A stretch of 64,000 nt of DNA from the human T2T-CHM13v2.0 reference genome, Homo sapiens: the NCBI RefSeq assembly GCF_009914755.1, contig NC_060937.1; one strand, written 5' to 3'. Under the pieces are notes generated by a model. It did no database searches. It worked only from the letters and a program-made list of their open reading frames with translations, and was not told where the DNA came from. Numbering within the stretch: the first letter of the stretch is position 1; every line of letters begins with the position of its first letter. A program made the translations under genes and the position numbers. This document shows positions 1 to 16,704 of this stretch, in pieces.

Positions 1-28
1 ATTTTAAAAGTCTAAATATGAATGTTCT

Positions 29-345
<317 letters not shown>

Positions 346-1608
346 CTAGGCAGGCTGGCAATCTACACCTTGCGACACTCTTCAGTAATATGAGTTGTCA
401 CATACTTGTACCACTGCAGACATTTATATTACTCACCTAGTTCCCAAAGTATTTCAGTGTCTGATTCCTAAGCTGAGCTTATCTCACCCAAGTGGGAGGT
501 GAGATATGGAGAGATGTGAACTTTTGATGATAACTGAAAACACTGTAACAATAAGTTTGTTGGAAATGTAGTAAGAAAATGAGAACATTGATTAAATTTC
601 ACTCTGGCAAACCTTCTTCTTATGGATGGATGCATAAGGTAAACTAAAACAAAAAAGTCATTCTGTTTCTTAATAATTCCCAAGAAAGCCTTCTGTAGTT
701 CTTAGGGATGAGAGAGCTTGCATATTTAGAGGAATTCACTCCTCTAATAGATACTAGCAAGAATATGCACTTTCTTTCAAGTGCATATTTCAAGTGAGGA
801 TGCTGTTATCCAGTGCTAAATGTGGTTCAAGAATCAGGAAAATAATACTTATAAACCATCCCTGAAACAAAATTACATAATTATTAGGCCATATTTTATG
901 GTGTGGTGAGGTCAGGCCTGAGTACAAAAGGGCAGTGGCATGACAAGAATTTGTCCATTTCCTTAATTCTGGCAGAATCCTACCTACATACAGAGTCTCA
1001 CCCATAATTGCAAGCTTCAGAAGATCAAGGGGCCAGGGATAAGTTGTACATAGACTTGATATGTGTGGCCACCTCACTTAAATCTGTATCAGGATCTTAA
1101 ATTGCATATCTGTGTTGAAGAATGGCAGAGTGGAGTGCAGTAAAGGATTAACCTTGTCCATATTGAGGTTTGGTCTTTGCCCTCAGATCCTGAGAGGTAA
1201 CCTTTAAGCCCTTGGAATGTTTTGTTGATAAGAGTGTCCTTGCTTACCTGGGGCACTTGGGCCATGCCAAATAGTCTAAGTTTACAATATGACCTAGAGT
1301 GGGGAGCCTAGGTCTGTGTGATATTAGCTCAACCTCTTGGAGCCTAAGCTAGGTCATGCAGGGGTCAACCATGTCTACATGACTAAGTTCCAGTAACCTC
1401 TGGACAGCAAGAATCAGGTATGCTTATATGGTTGGCAGTACTCCGTGTACATTGCCATACATGTTGTTGAAATAAATAGACACTATCCAACACAAATCCA
1501 CTGGGAGAGCCAAAGTGGAAGCCCCATGCCTTATCCACTGGACCCTGCCCTATGCTCCTCTTTCCCTCCAATTTTAATCTGCATCCTTTTGTTGTAATAA
1601 ACAGTAAC

Positions 1609-2290
<682 letters not shown>

Positions 2291-3339
2291 GTAACCAAGA
2301 ATATAACAGCTTTTCTGGGTTCTAGTGAATTATCAAGCCTGAACAACAGGGATCTCTCAATAGGGGTCTCCGTACAGGTCTTGGGGAATCTCTGAATGTG
2401 CATTCGGTTTCAGAAGTGAGAGTGGTCTTGGTAACTCCTGAAATTGCAAGTGGAACTGCATGGAGGGATGGGGAAGAAACTGCAATTCTCCAGAAATTCT
2501 ACAGTGACTTCCTGAGGTTCTATGCCTAAAGAAACCAACAGTTGTCTAAAAACAGAACCTCCTCAGACTTTAGCTCTTATGCAGTTCACAGAGAATGGTT
2601 TAGGGTATACAGAAAGGGTAGCCTGAGTTTTCAAGAAACACTTCATGGGTACATCCCCATCTCTTCAGCCTGGGCCCCACCAAGAGAAAGAAAGGAAAGC
2701 CAGCCAACGCATCTTTCTTTTATTCTCAGCATCTTATTCAGATTTTTTTTTTCTAAAGCTGCTGCTCAATATTATCTCATTAAGGAAAAAGATAATTATG
2801 ATATTAACATCTTGCTTCCAAACACTTAGTGAAGTCACTAGCATTTAGCTTCACACTTAAACGAAATGGGGACCAAAGTATGTGACACCTATTTTTCAAA
2901 TGCAAATCTCACAGTGATGCTGAAAACTCAGTTTCTTTTCATTTCCCACTACAAAGAACACATGGCATTTTCAGTGAACTGATCACAAATTGCCTGTGGG
3001 ACTGGAGGAAAAACACAGGTATGAGTATAGATCCACCTTAGAAAGCAACAAATTATATTTGGAAAAATGTACATCTAGACTAATTCCACCCATGTTACTA
3101 AATACATGCTGCCAAATACTGGAGAAGCTTTTCCAGCTCCTATGACTTTCTGTATTTTTGTAAGGTTCCAAGCCCTGGAGCAGGAATATAGGCTGTCCGA
3201 TGGAACACACCCAGGGTTTCCTCTGTCCCAGTATGTCTTCCATACAATAATCACAGGGCACCAAAAATGGGGAGCATCCACAGACTCCAGGGTAGCCTAC
3301 TGCTCCTATTCCAACTGCTTGTTGAAGGACTGCCAAATC

Positions 3340-3530
3340 CCTGACACTGTGCTGAGCTCCCTACATAGTTTGCCTCCTTTAATCTTAACAACAGCCCTGG
3401 AGGGTGGAGGTTATTTTAGGTCTTTCCATTTTACAGAGATGAGGAATCAAGAATTTAGACAAGTTAAAGAGCCTGCCCAAGATGACAAAGCTAGCAACAG
3501 TCAAACCCACTTTTCAACCCAGCTCTGTCC
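3340..3530 (-). mobile_element. MIR SINE fragment
   Basis: tttaatcttaacaacagccctg...ccattttacagagatgaggaa...aagttaaag...gcccaagatgaca MIR core, antisense. Confidence 0.75.
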
Positions 3531-3894
3531 ATGTAAAAACCTATTTTATTGCTACACATTCAGCATTCTGGTTAATTATAGACTCTGATTATAACAATTT
3601 ATCCCACATATTAATGAATTGCTAATTTTTAGAGAACTAAAGTATAGTAAAATACCCTTAAGATCAAAAGTACTAAAATTCCACAGAATATAATCAAATT
3701 TTTCTTGGATGCCTCAGATGATACTTTAAGCCCTTGTAATGTCTCAGGTACATCATCCTGTGGAAGAGTGATTGTGCTAATAAAGTGTAGGTCAGAAGAA
3801 TAACAGATAAATCAGCTTCCACTTACATATAATCACTATCCTAATTCTCATAAATACTTTTGCAGAGTTCATGATGTAGTGATCTACTAACTTT

Positions 3895-4020
3895 TTTTCA
3901 ATCCAAGTTAACAAATCTTTAGTGCCTTCTTTGCGCCAAACCCTGTGGTAAGCTCTGGGCAGTAGTAATAAGTGTGATATAACGCCTGTCCTTAAGGAGG
4001 ACACATTTTGACTTTGGAAG
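3895..4020 (-). mobile_element. L2 3' end fragment
   Basis: aacaaatctttagtgcc...ctctgggc...cctgtccttaaggag resembles the antisense L2 tail. Confidence 0.5.
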
Positions 4021-4235
4021 AGTACATTATTTCCCTTGCAATAGAATTACCTTGTCAATATTTAATTGGCTGTAAGTGGAATATTAACAGCAGCAGATCT
4101 ACATTTTAAAAAATTGCAATTGGTAGGTCCACTGATTTTGTAAAGTGACTACTATTTTTCTCTTCTCCTCTCTTTTATATTGTCTTTTAAAATGAGCAAT
4201 GGCTACCTTCCATGTCACTTTTTTAAACTCTTCCC

Positions 4236-4298
4236 CATACACGTGCACATACACACAGTAACACACATGCACATGTGTGTGCAAACATACACACACAT
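4236..4298. repeat. Imperfect alternating purine-pyrimidine (CA/TG) tract
   Basis: catacacgtgcacatacacacag...cacacatgcacatgtgtgtgc... Confidence 0.75.
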
Positions 4299-5719
4299 CC
4301 AGTGAATAAAAGGTTGTTGTGGTTGTAGTGTTATCCAGCATCCATCACTGTGCATATATTCACAGGGATCTTACAAAAAATCTCTCTGATGACTCTTGGG
4401 AGGGAAAGGAAGCAGGGAACAAAGGCGGAAGGAAGCAAGGAAAGGAGCGTAACCTTCCCTTTGGCAGATGTCTGGGAAAAGGGGACTCTTTATGAAATCA
4501 CTGGATCAAAGGGAAGTAAGAAGTTTCCAGGCTGCCAGTCACAAAGCCACCAAAAACTCACTTTTAATGAAAAAAGAAACTGTTAACTCCTGCACTGTTG
4601 TAAAATACTTACCAAAGACACCTTCCCTGCTAAGTGCCATTCATTTCAAGAGTGAAATGCTGTAACAGAGAAAAATGCCCAGGGCAACTGGGAACCGGAG
4701 AAGGAGGGAAGTATGTGGTTCAACTGTCCCTGTAGGGGAGGGAAAGTGTCTCTTTCCTTGACAGCTTCCCCACTTAACTACTGTGCAGTCAGCCCTATTT
4801 GGCGCCAGTGAAAATTCAGCCTTCCAGCAGATTCCCTGCCATCTGCCTTATGACTAACAGTCTACAGTAACACACCTTGAATGCTGAAAAATCTGCAGTG
4901 CTCCCTGGGGCCGCCTTTTTGGGGCAATTAGAAGATCCATGGAAAGGAAATCTTTACTTTGTCACTTGGCTTAGGTTTCCACATTTGGTTGAAATTCTGG
5001 AAAGGGATATTTGGATAAATATGATTTCCTGATTTTTCCTCACCTTGGTGCTTTTTTAGTACCCATAGCCAGAAGCCATGGAAGCTGAGGGAATGACAAA
5101 TGGCCATCACGAAGGCTTGAGTCTCCAAAATTCAGCAGAGATGTTATCCAACTGACAAGGAAGAAAAAGGAGAAAGGAAAACAGAAACAAAATAAGCTCA
5201 GTTTTTGGCCCTAGGGCTCCACCAGGTATCTGCCAATTTATTCACGCTGAAATATGAAGAGATTCCAGATGGAAACATATTCACTTTTTTGGTTATTTTT
5301 TAACTTTATTTGGATTTTAATGGTTACTACTGGAAAGTTTCCTTGTACAGGACTAAGAAAGAAGCTAAGACTATTGCTCAAAATCTATGGAGGGAAGTGG
5401 GGGAAGAGCATTTAATCATTTAGATCACTGGAGTACATGTTGCAAAAAGCCAAGACCAGCTCTTCCAAAATATATCCATCTTTCACAAGGGAAAAAAAGG
5501 TAAACAATTTGATATTTTTTCCCACAAAAATGTGTGACTAACATGGAGTACCAAAAGATGCCCTCCTTATCCACCTGGGTCCTAACGATGACCAAAGCTA
5601 AATTACTTAGTTACCAGTCTACTCCAGACCCTTCGGGAGTCTGAAAATTTAGGTAATCTCTTAACATCTTCATAGCCATAAAAATCTTATCAACAATAGT
5701 ACAGACATTATAAATAGCA

Positions 5720-6362
5720 TTTTTTTTCTTTCTTTTTTTTTTTTTTTTTTGACAGGGTCTCACTCCATTACTCATGCTGGAGTGCAGTGGTGTGATCATA
5801 GCTCACTGCAGCCCTCAACCTCCCAGGCTTACTTGATCCTTGCACCTCAGTCTCCAGAGTAGCTGGGACTACAGATCATGTGCCATCATGCCAGGCTAGT
5901 TTTTGCTTGTTTTTTATTTTTAAAATTCTTTTTTTTTTTTTGAGACAGACTTTTGCTCTTGTTGCCCAGACAACAAGTGCAATGGCGCGATCTTGGCTCA
6001 CTGCAACCTCTGCCTCCGGGTTCAAGTGATTCTCCTGCCTCAGTCTCCTGAGTAGCTGGGATTACAGGTGCCTGCCATGATGCTCAGCTGGTTTTTTTTT
6101 TGTGTGTATTTTTAGTACAGATGGGGTTTCACCATGTTGGCCAGGCTGGTCTCAAACTCCTGACCTCAGATGATCCACCAGCCTTGGCCTCCTAAAGTGC
6201 TGGGATTACAGGTATGAGGCAACGTGACCAGCCAGTTTTTAAATTTTTTATAGCAACAGGGTTTCATTATGTTCCCCAGGCTGGTCTTGAATGCCTGAAC
6301 TCAAGCAATCCACCCACCTCAGCCTCCCAAAGTGCTGAGAATACAGGCCACTGTGCCTGGCC
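5720..6362 (-). mobile_element. AluJ, interrupted in its middle A-rich linker by an AluS
   Basis: poly-T, gacagggtctcact...; resumes atagcaacagggtttc...cctggcc; TSD-like aaatagc. Confidence 0.88.
5929..6233 (-). mobile_element. AluS nested in AluJ
   Basis: poly-T then tgagacagacttttgctcttgttgccc...cagcc. Confidence 0.93.
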
Positions 6363-7994
6363 TAGAAATAGCTTTTTAAGGTCAAGAGAGTGTTGTCCTC
6401 CCCATGTAGCTGAGTACAAAGCTCATATCACTCAGTGCACAACAGCCAGTAAGGCGAGAGACAAGGTGTTGGGGCAATGAAGACGACTTTATTTCTGGGA
6501 GTCAGCAAACCAAGAAGATGGCAGACTAATGTCCTAAAGAACCATCTTATGCTAATATGGATGTGGGGCTCCTTTTATGTTAAGGAAAGTGGAAAGCAGA
6601 AGGGGGTTGAGGTCAAAAGGTGACTGAAGATTACAGACATCCAAGCAGCATCAAAGATAACATCTGGAGGGACCTGGGCAAGATGATTGAATAGAAACAG
6701 CTCTGGTCTGCAGCTCCCAGAGAGATCAACACAGAATTTCCAACTGAGGTACCCAGCTCATCTCATTGGAACAGGTTAGGTAGTGAGTGCAGCCCACAGA
6801 GGGCGAGCAGAAGCAGGGTGGTGTGTCCCCTCAACCAGGAAGCACAAGGGGTCAATGAACTCCCTCTCCTAGCCAAGGGAAGCTGTGAGGGACTGTGCCA
6901 TGAGTAATGGGGCATTCCGGCCCAGATACTACATATTTCCCATGGTCTTTGCAACCCGCAGACCAGGAGATTCTCTCGGGTGCCTACACCACCAGGGTCC
7001 TGGGTTTCAAGCACAAAACTGGGCGGCTGTTTGGGCAGACACTGAGCTAGCTGCAGGAGTTTTTTTTATTTCATACCCCAGTGGTGCCTGGAATGCCAGC
7101 AAGATAGAACTGTTCACTCCCCTGGAAAGGGGGCTGAAGCCAGGGAGCCAAATGGTCTAGCTCAGCGGATCCCACCCCCACAGAGCCCAGCAAGCTAAGA
7201 TCCACTGGCTCAAAATTCTCGTTGCCAGCACAGCAGTCTGAAGTTCACTTGGGACTCTTGAGCTTGGTGGGGGAAGGGGCATCCACCATTACTGAAGATT
7301 CAGTAGGCAGTTTTCCCCTCACAGTGTAAACAAAGTCACCGGTAAGTTCAAACTGGGCAGAGCCTACCGCAGCTTGGCAAAGCCGCTGGAGCCAGACTGC
7401 CTCTCTAGATTCCTTCTTTCTGGGCAGGGCATCTCTGAAGGAAAGATAGCAGCCCCAGTCAGGGGCTTACAGATCAAACTCCCATCTCCCTGGAATAGAA
7501 CACCTGGGGGAAGGGGCAGCTGTAGATGGAGATTCAGCAGACTTAAACGTTCCTGCCTGCTGGCTTTGAAGACAGCAGTGGATCTCCCAGTACAGTGCTT
7601 GAGCTCTTCTAAGGGACAGACTGTCTCAAGTGGGTCACTGACCCCCATGCCTCCCGATTGAAAGAAAGGTCCCAGCAGGGGTTGACAGAAGCCTCATATA
7701 AGAGACCTCTGGCTGGCATCTGGTGGGTGACCCTCTGGAACGAAGCTTCCAGAAGAAGGAACAGGCAGCAATCTTTGCTGCTCTGCAGCCTCTATTGGTG
7801 ATACCCAGGCAAACAGGATCTGGAGTGGACTTCCAGCAAACTCCAGCAGACCTGCAGAAGAGGGGCCTGATTGTTAGAAGGAAAACTAACAAACAGAAAG
7901 GATTAGCATCAATATCAACAAAAAGGACATCCATGCAAAAACTCCATCCAAAGGTCACTAACATCAAAGACCAAAATTAGATAAATCCATGAAG

Positions 7995-8974
7995 GTGAGG
8001 AAAAACTAGTGCAAAAAGACTGAAAATTCCAAAAATCAGAACACCTTTTCTCCTCAAAAGGGTCACAACTCCTCTCCAGCAAGGGAACACAACTGGTTTG
8101 AGAAGGAGTTTGACAAATTGACAGAAGTAGGCTTCAGAAGGTAGGTAATAACAAACCCCTCTGACTAAAAGAACATGTTCTAACCCAATGCAAAGAAGCT
8201 AAGAACCTTGAAAAAAGGTTTGAAGAATTGCTAACTAGAATAACCAGTTGAAAGAAGAACATAAATGACCTGATGGAGCTGAAAAACACAGCAAGAGAAC
8301 TTCGTGAACTATACACAAGTGTCAATAGCCAAATCGATCAAGCAGAAGAAAGGATATCAGAGATTGAAGATCAACTTAATGAAATAAAGTGTGAAGTCAA
8401 GATTAGAGAAAAAAGGATGAAAAGGAATGAACAAAGCCTCCAAGAAATATGGGACTATGTGAAAAGACCAAACCTACATTTGATTGGTGTACCTGAAAGT
8501 GATGGGAAGAATGAAAACAAGTTGGAGAACCCCCTTCAGGAGAACTTCCCCAGCTTAGCAAGACAGGCCAACATTCAAATTCAGGAAATAAAGAGAACAC
8601 CACAAAGATATTCCTCGAGAAGAGCAACCCCAAGACACATAATGATCATATTCACCAAGGTTGAAATGAAGGAAAAAATGTTAAGGGCAGCCAGAGAGAA
8701 AGATCAGGTTACCCACAAAGGGAAGCCCATCAGACTAACAGCAGATCTCTCTGCAGAAACCCTACAAGCCAGAAGAGAATGGGGGCCAATATTCAACATT
8801 CTTAAAGAAGAGACTTTTCAACCTAGAATTTCATATCCAGCAAAACTAAGCTTCATAAGCAAAGGAGAAATAAAATCCTCTACAGATAAGCTAATGATGA
8901 GGGATTTTCTCACCAATAGGCCTGCCTTACAAGAGCTCCTGAAGGAGGCACTAAATATGGAAAGGATAAAGTAG
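7995..8974 (+). pseudogene. L1 ORF1p remnant (open only 8273-8974, stops upstream)
   Basis: RIKRNEQSLQEIWDYVKRPNL-like, RAAREK, PIRLTADLSAETLQARREW motifs. Confidence 0.93.
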
Positions 8975-9070
8975 TATGAGCCACTGCAAAAACATGCCAA
9001 ATTGTAAAGACCATCAACACTATGAAGAAACTTCATCAACTAACAGGCAAAATCACTAGCTACCATCATA

Positions 9071-11570
<2,500 letters not shown>

Positions 11571-13299
11571 ATAGCAAAGACTTGGAACCAACCCAAATGC
11601 CCATCAATGATAGACTGGATAAAGAAAATGTGGCACATATACACCATGGAATACTATGCAGCAATAAAAAAGGATGAGTTCATGTCCTTTGCAGGGACAC
11701 GGTGAAGCTGGAAACCATCATTGTCAGCAAACTAACACAGGAACAGAAAACCAAATACCGCATGTTCTCATTCGTAAGTGGGAGTTGAACAATGAGAACA
11801 CATGGACACAGGGAGGGGAACATCACACACCAAAGCCTGTCGGGGGGGTGTGGAGCTAGGGGAGGGATAGCATTAGGAGAAATACCTAATGTAGATGACG
11901 GGTTGATGGGTGCAGCAAACCACCATGGCACGTGTATACCTATGTAACAAACCTGCATGTTCTGCACATGTATCCCAGAACTTAAAGTATTAAAAAAAAA
12001 AAAAAAAAAAGGTAAACATCATTGTCCTTGGTCACATCACCATGCTCTTATAAATTTTTAACAACATCGTTACTTGCGTGTACACCCTCCTTATATTCTT
12101 GGGGATTAGTTTTGGGAAGGGACTATTATCATTCCTGCTTTGAAGTTCAGAGATAAGCCAAAGCAGTTAACCTAAAAGATATCATGGCAGTGGGGGTTAG
12201 GAGCAAAATGGAGTTAGTCATGCTAGGCCTCCTTTTCACTGTTACACCCACAGGTTTCATTTTCTTCCTTATGCCCTGGTATTTTTTGTCTAGTTCCCCT
12301 TGTTGAATGATTCCTCTAGATGTGGATTAATAAGCTCTTTAAATCTCTTTAATTGAGATCCACATTAATTGGATTCAAAGCTCTGCCCATGTTCCTAGGT
12401 ACACATTTAAAGAGGTCATCAGCTGAGATATAAATAATGTTTCTGAACAACTGTACTTTTTCAATATAATATTTAAAAATATACTAAAGCTAAAACAAAA
12501 GTTTCCTAGTGAGAATAGGAAGTGACCTACTTTCAACCAAAAACATTCTCACTGTATTACACCTATGTTCCGAAGGCAGTTTAAAATTTTCTTAAAGACA
12601 TTTAAAAATGCAATATAAGTTAATTGTGTAATGTCGTAACATGGATTTCAAGCATTTCCATTCAAAGTTAAACTTAGATTGACTTTACAATCCATTACTC
12701 ATCTTTCTTTTTTTCCTGAGTTTTTTGGAGACAAGAAGTATTTCTCTACGTTGCAAATGAGAATCTTAGTTATATTAAGAATTTCTACTCTGTCAGAAAT
12801 CAGGACCAAAAAGGCTAAGTGCGGTAACTACTTTTTTTAAACTGAAAACTGAGTAAAAGATCTCAAGTGTATGTCTTATATGGATCATGTCTCCATTCAG
12901 AGTCCCACCCAGAATAGCAAAATGGTGTTTTCCTAGAGTCTAGTTCCCTGTTGCATTTGCTGGGATCCTCTCATCAGAAGCTGGAAGCGAGTTCTACAAA
13001 CAGGACTGATGCTTTGAACTGAATAGATTTCTTCAGGGTAAAATTTTGCACCAGGGTTCCAATTAGAACCTAAGGCTGATTACTTGAATTTATAGACCTC
13101 CTGGTGGAATCCTAGCATTCCTCATCACTGGATCAATGCTTTTTTACTAGATGATTGATTGTGGGAGCATTTCAGTGGATCTTCCTCTGACATCTTCTTT
13201 CTATTGCTTTTGCGGAATCTCCAACAGCTTTGCTTTAGGAAATAGATCAAATGACTGTAAGCATGGGCTCTGGAGCTACCCTCCTTTGATTTATACCAA

Positions 13300-13470
13300 C
13301 ACCACCTCTTACCAATGTCACCTAAGCAAGTTGCTAATCCTCCCAAAGCCTCAGTTTCCTCATATATTCAATGTAAATACTTACAATACTATCTTTAAAG
13401 AGGTGGCTTGAGGATTAAATTAACCAGTATATAAAAAATATTATAACAGTGTAATTAGCACTCAGAATGT
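13300..13470 (+). mobile_element. MIR fragment
   Basis: gcaagttgctaatc...gcctcagtttcctcat...gaggattaaatt. Confidence 0.75.
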
Positions 13471-13494
13471 GGGATATTATAAGCTATTATTTTT

Positions 13495-13575
13495 ACATAT
13501 ATAACACATATATAAATGCATAAAGGTAAATATAGATAGATGTGTGTGTATGTGTATGTATACATATATATATAC
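13495..13575. repeat. Degenerate (TA/TG)n simple repeat
   Basis: tatataacacatatata...tgtgtgtgtatgtgtatgtatacatatatatata. Confidence 0.7.
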
Positions 13576-13604
13576 TTTCTGGTTCACTGGTGTCTCATTA
13601 GGAT

Positions 13605-13800
13605 TTTTTATTTAAGAGAAGCAGGATCATGCTATGTTGCCCAGGCTGGAGTGCTATGCCTATTTACAGACGTGATCATAGTAAGTGTACTATGATCGTG
13701 CACTACAGTGTAATCTGGCTTAGCACTTCTGTTGTCAAGTGATCTTGCTGCCTCAGCCTCTACCATGCTGGGACTACAGGCATGCACCATTGCACCTGGC
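13605..13800 (-). mobile_element. FAM (7SL-derived fossil Alu monomer) with internal insertions
   Basis: gctatgttgcccaggctggagtgc...ctatttacagacgtgatcatag is FAM-type; ends cacctggc. Confidence 0.8.
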
Positions 13801-13921
13801 TCATCAGGATTTAACACAAAAAATTATAGTATAAATAACATACTCTTGAAAATTCCCCTAAAGTGGTATGTCTTCTCTTGGGTACATAGCCTGGCAAAGA
13901 CATAGCATGTGTAGCAAACAC

Positions 13922-14368
13922 TGTGGATGGTCTGTTGATATTCTGTGTGTTGTAGACCACTTACTGCATACAAACACCTCTCACTCTCTGCCTAAATGAG
14001 TTTTCATTTGGCTGTGGGAGTACCCTCAATCCATGGGGAGGGTCAGCTGGAAGTCTGGAGAGCTAATGCCCTCCAGAACCCCAACCAATGAAAACAAATA
14101 AATCAGTAGATAAATGTTATCACTACCTTAGCCACCAGCTGAAGGAAGTGAAATGTGTGCTCACTGTCTCCCGGAGTTCCTTTCAGGGGCAGAGCTCCAG
14201 AGGTTCTCACAGATAACTATCTCAGAACACACATTTTGTTGTCTTCCTTCCCTTTCCTGACTGAATTCTCTCTCTGTGGGTGTTTCCTGGGATGACCTCC
14301 CAAATAATACATTACACACACTTGAATCCTTGTCCCAGAGCCAGCTTCTGGGGACTCCAAATCAAGAC
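13922..14368 (+). mobile_element. ERVL LTR16-family solo LTR
   Basis: tttcctgggatgacctcccaaataa...cacttgaatccttgtc...gcttctggggactccaaatcaagaca 3' end. Confidence 0.75.
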
Positions 14369-14644
14369 ACTACCTCTCAATAAATCCATTATAGTCACAT
14401 TTTCATTCAATAAATCTGGAAACGAACTGTTCCTTTTTTGTTAAGGATCTAGTAAAGTAACTGACTTAGTTTAGAGGCTGTAGAGTATGTATACATGTAT
14501 GTCTGTATATGTATCTCCTTAGAATTGAAATCATAGGGGGACTCAAAATTGTGGTTCTGCCTTCCCACTTCTATTTGTAAAGTTTCATCATTCCTCTGAG
14601 AGATTTCTTTAGAATGCAGATACTAGATCTTCCTCTTCTCTTCC

Positions 14645-14928
14645 TTTCTCATGATTATTTTCAGGTTGTGTCTTCTGGAGGAATACCACAGCAGTAAAAC
14701 TTCTTATTGCATCCTATCAAGTGATGCTGTACAATTTTGATCTGTCCCATTATTAATGACATCAAGTTTAATCATTTGAATAAGGTAGTATTGTCCATGC
14801 TTTTCCACAGTAATATTACTATAGCATGTGAAGGAGGTATTTCAAGATTTTTAAATACCCTGCTTCTCATCCTATTAATTAATATCTATATAAATAGGTA
14901 TCTATATAAATTACCATTTCTGTTTTAT
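14645..14928 (-). repeat. Left arm of a ~285-bp inverted repeat (partner 15406-15695)
   Basis: Manual alignment to the reverse complement of 15406-15695. Confidence 0.93.
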
Positions 14929-15199
14929 TGCACTTTTATTAAAAATTTTTAAAAATTTTAAATTTATAAAAATTTTATTCAATTTTCATTTTTGAAAAAT
15001 TTACCTGAAAATCCTGCAGCTAAGCTCAAGCAGGGTTGCCATCTTTGCAGGGGAGGAATGGAGGGTCATGGCAGCACGTGGCATGTTGGAGCCTAAGAAG
15101 GGTGAGGAGAGCTGAGGGCTTGAGCACCTAGAATGGTCTATCGGGACTTAAGTAGAACATATCCAGTGTGCAGATTGTGGTCGCTAAATACTATCTGTA

Positions 15200-16105
15200 A
15201 ATCAAAGGAACCAGGGGCGATTTGCAAGTTGGGAACTAGAAAACTTCAAGATGGGTCTGGAACAACTTGATGTGTCAAGATAAAAGAAAATGCTCAAAGA
15301 ATGATGGGGATGAGTCAAAGATCATTTTGAAGTGGTTCCTACTCATCAAATCTGGACAATTTAAGCATCAAAATAAATAATAATAGAAACAAATGATAAT
15401 CATTGAGTAAAATAGAAATGGCAATTAATATAGATATTTATATTGACATAGCTATTAATTAATTGGATGAAAAGCAGGGTATTTAAAAAATCTTGAAGTA
15501 CCTCACACACAAACTATAGAAACTTTACTGTGGAAAAGCATAGACAATACCACCTTAATCAAGTGATTAAACTTGATGTCATTAATAATAGGACAAATCA
15601 AAATTGTACACCATCAGTTGGTAGGATGCAATAAGAAGTTTTACTGCTGTGATATTCCTTCAGAAGACACACAACCTGAAAATAATCATGAGAAAAAAAT
15701 CTATAAAACATAAAACTGAGGGACCTTCAGAAATGTTAATTAAGGTCATAAAATTTTAGGAAGAACTAAGAAGCTTTTCTAGAGTGAAGAAGACTAACAG
15801 ATATGACAGCAAAATGCAACATATGACTTTCTCCTGGATTCTTCTTATAAAAGACATTTTGGGGAAAATTAAATGAGGTCTGAAGATTTGATGGTAGCAA
15901 TGCACATCAACATTAATTTCCTAATTTTCATGAATACAGTTTGGTTGTAAACGGGGAAGTACTTGTATACAGGAAATACACACAAAACTATCATATAAAA
16001 AGGTAAGCCACTTACTTTCAAACATTGCAGAAAAATAGGTATATTTGTACTACCACTAAAATTTTTCTGTAAATTTGAATTTTTCAAATCAAAAAGTTTA
16101 AAATA
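15200..16105 (+). mobile_element. Old L1M (L1MC/MD-like) 3' fragment containing the right arm of the inverted repeat
   Basis: actttactgtggaaaagc...accaccttaatcaagtgattaaacttg, gaaatacacacaaaa; typical old L1M 3'UTR. Confidence 0.65.
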
Positions 16106-16153
16106 TGTATAGAAACTGGTATCAGAGAAAATGCCTACAGATACTGATAATTA

Positions 16154-16470
<317 letters not shown>

Positions 16471-16704
16471 GGATTGCCCAAGGAAAAATCAGATAACCAC
16501 CAGAACCCCAGTCAACAAACTCTTGCAGAAAACATAGGTTCCATCAAGTTTTTAGTGCCTCACACCAAGGTATGAATGGTCAACCAATGGTCATCAAATT
16601 CCTGAGCAAGGCTTTCAAGATGACAAAACAAACAAGGAAAGGACAAAATGATCCAGAACAAAAATATGCAGAAGAAAAAGACAGCGGTGCTTTATTTATA
16701 CATG

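Noticed and set aside
3106-3588. 160-aa ORF, the longest non-L1 ORF in the track
   Set aside because: No recognisable domain; the second half is an antisense MIR; consistent with a chance ORF
8273-8974. 233-aa L1 ORF1 ORF as a domesticated gene
   Set aside because: N-terminus has stops and there is an internal deletion; expected residual openness of an L1PA copy
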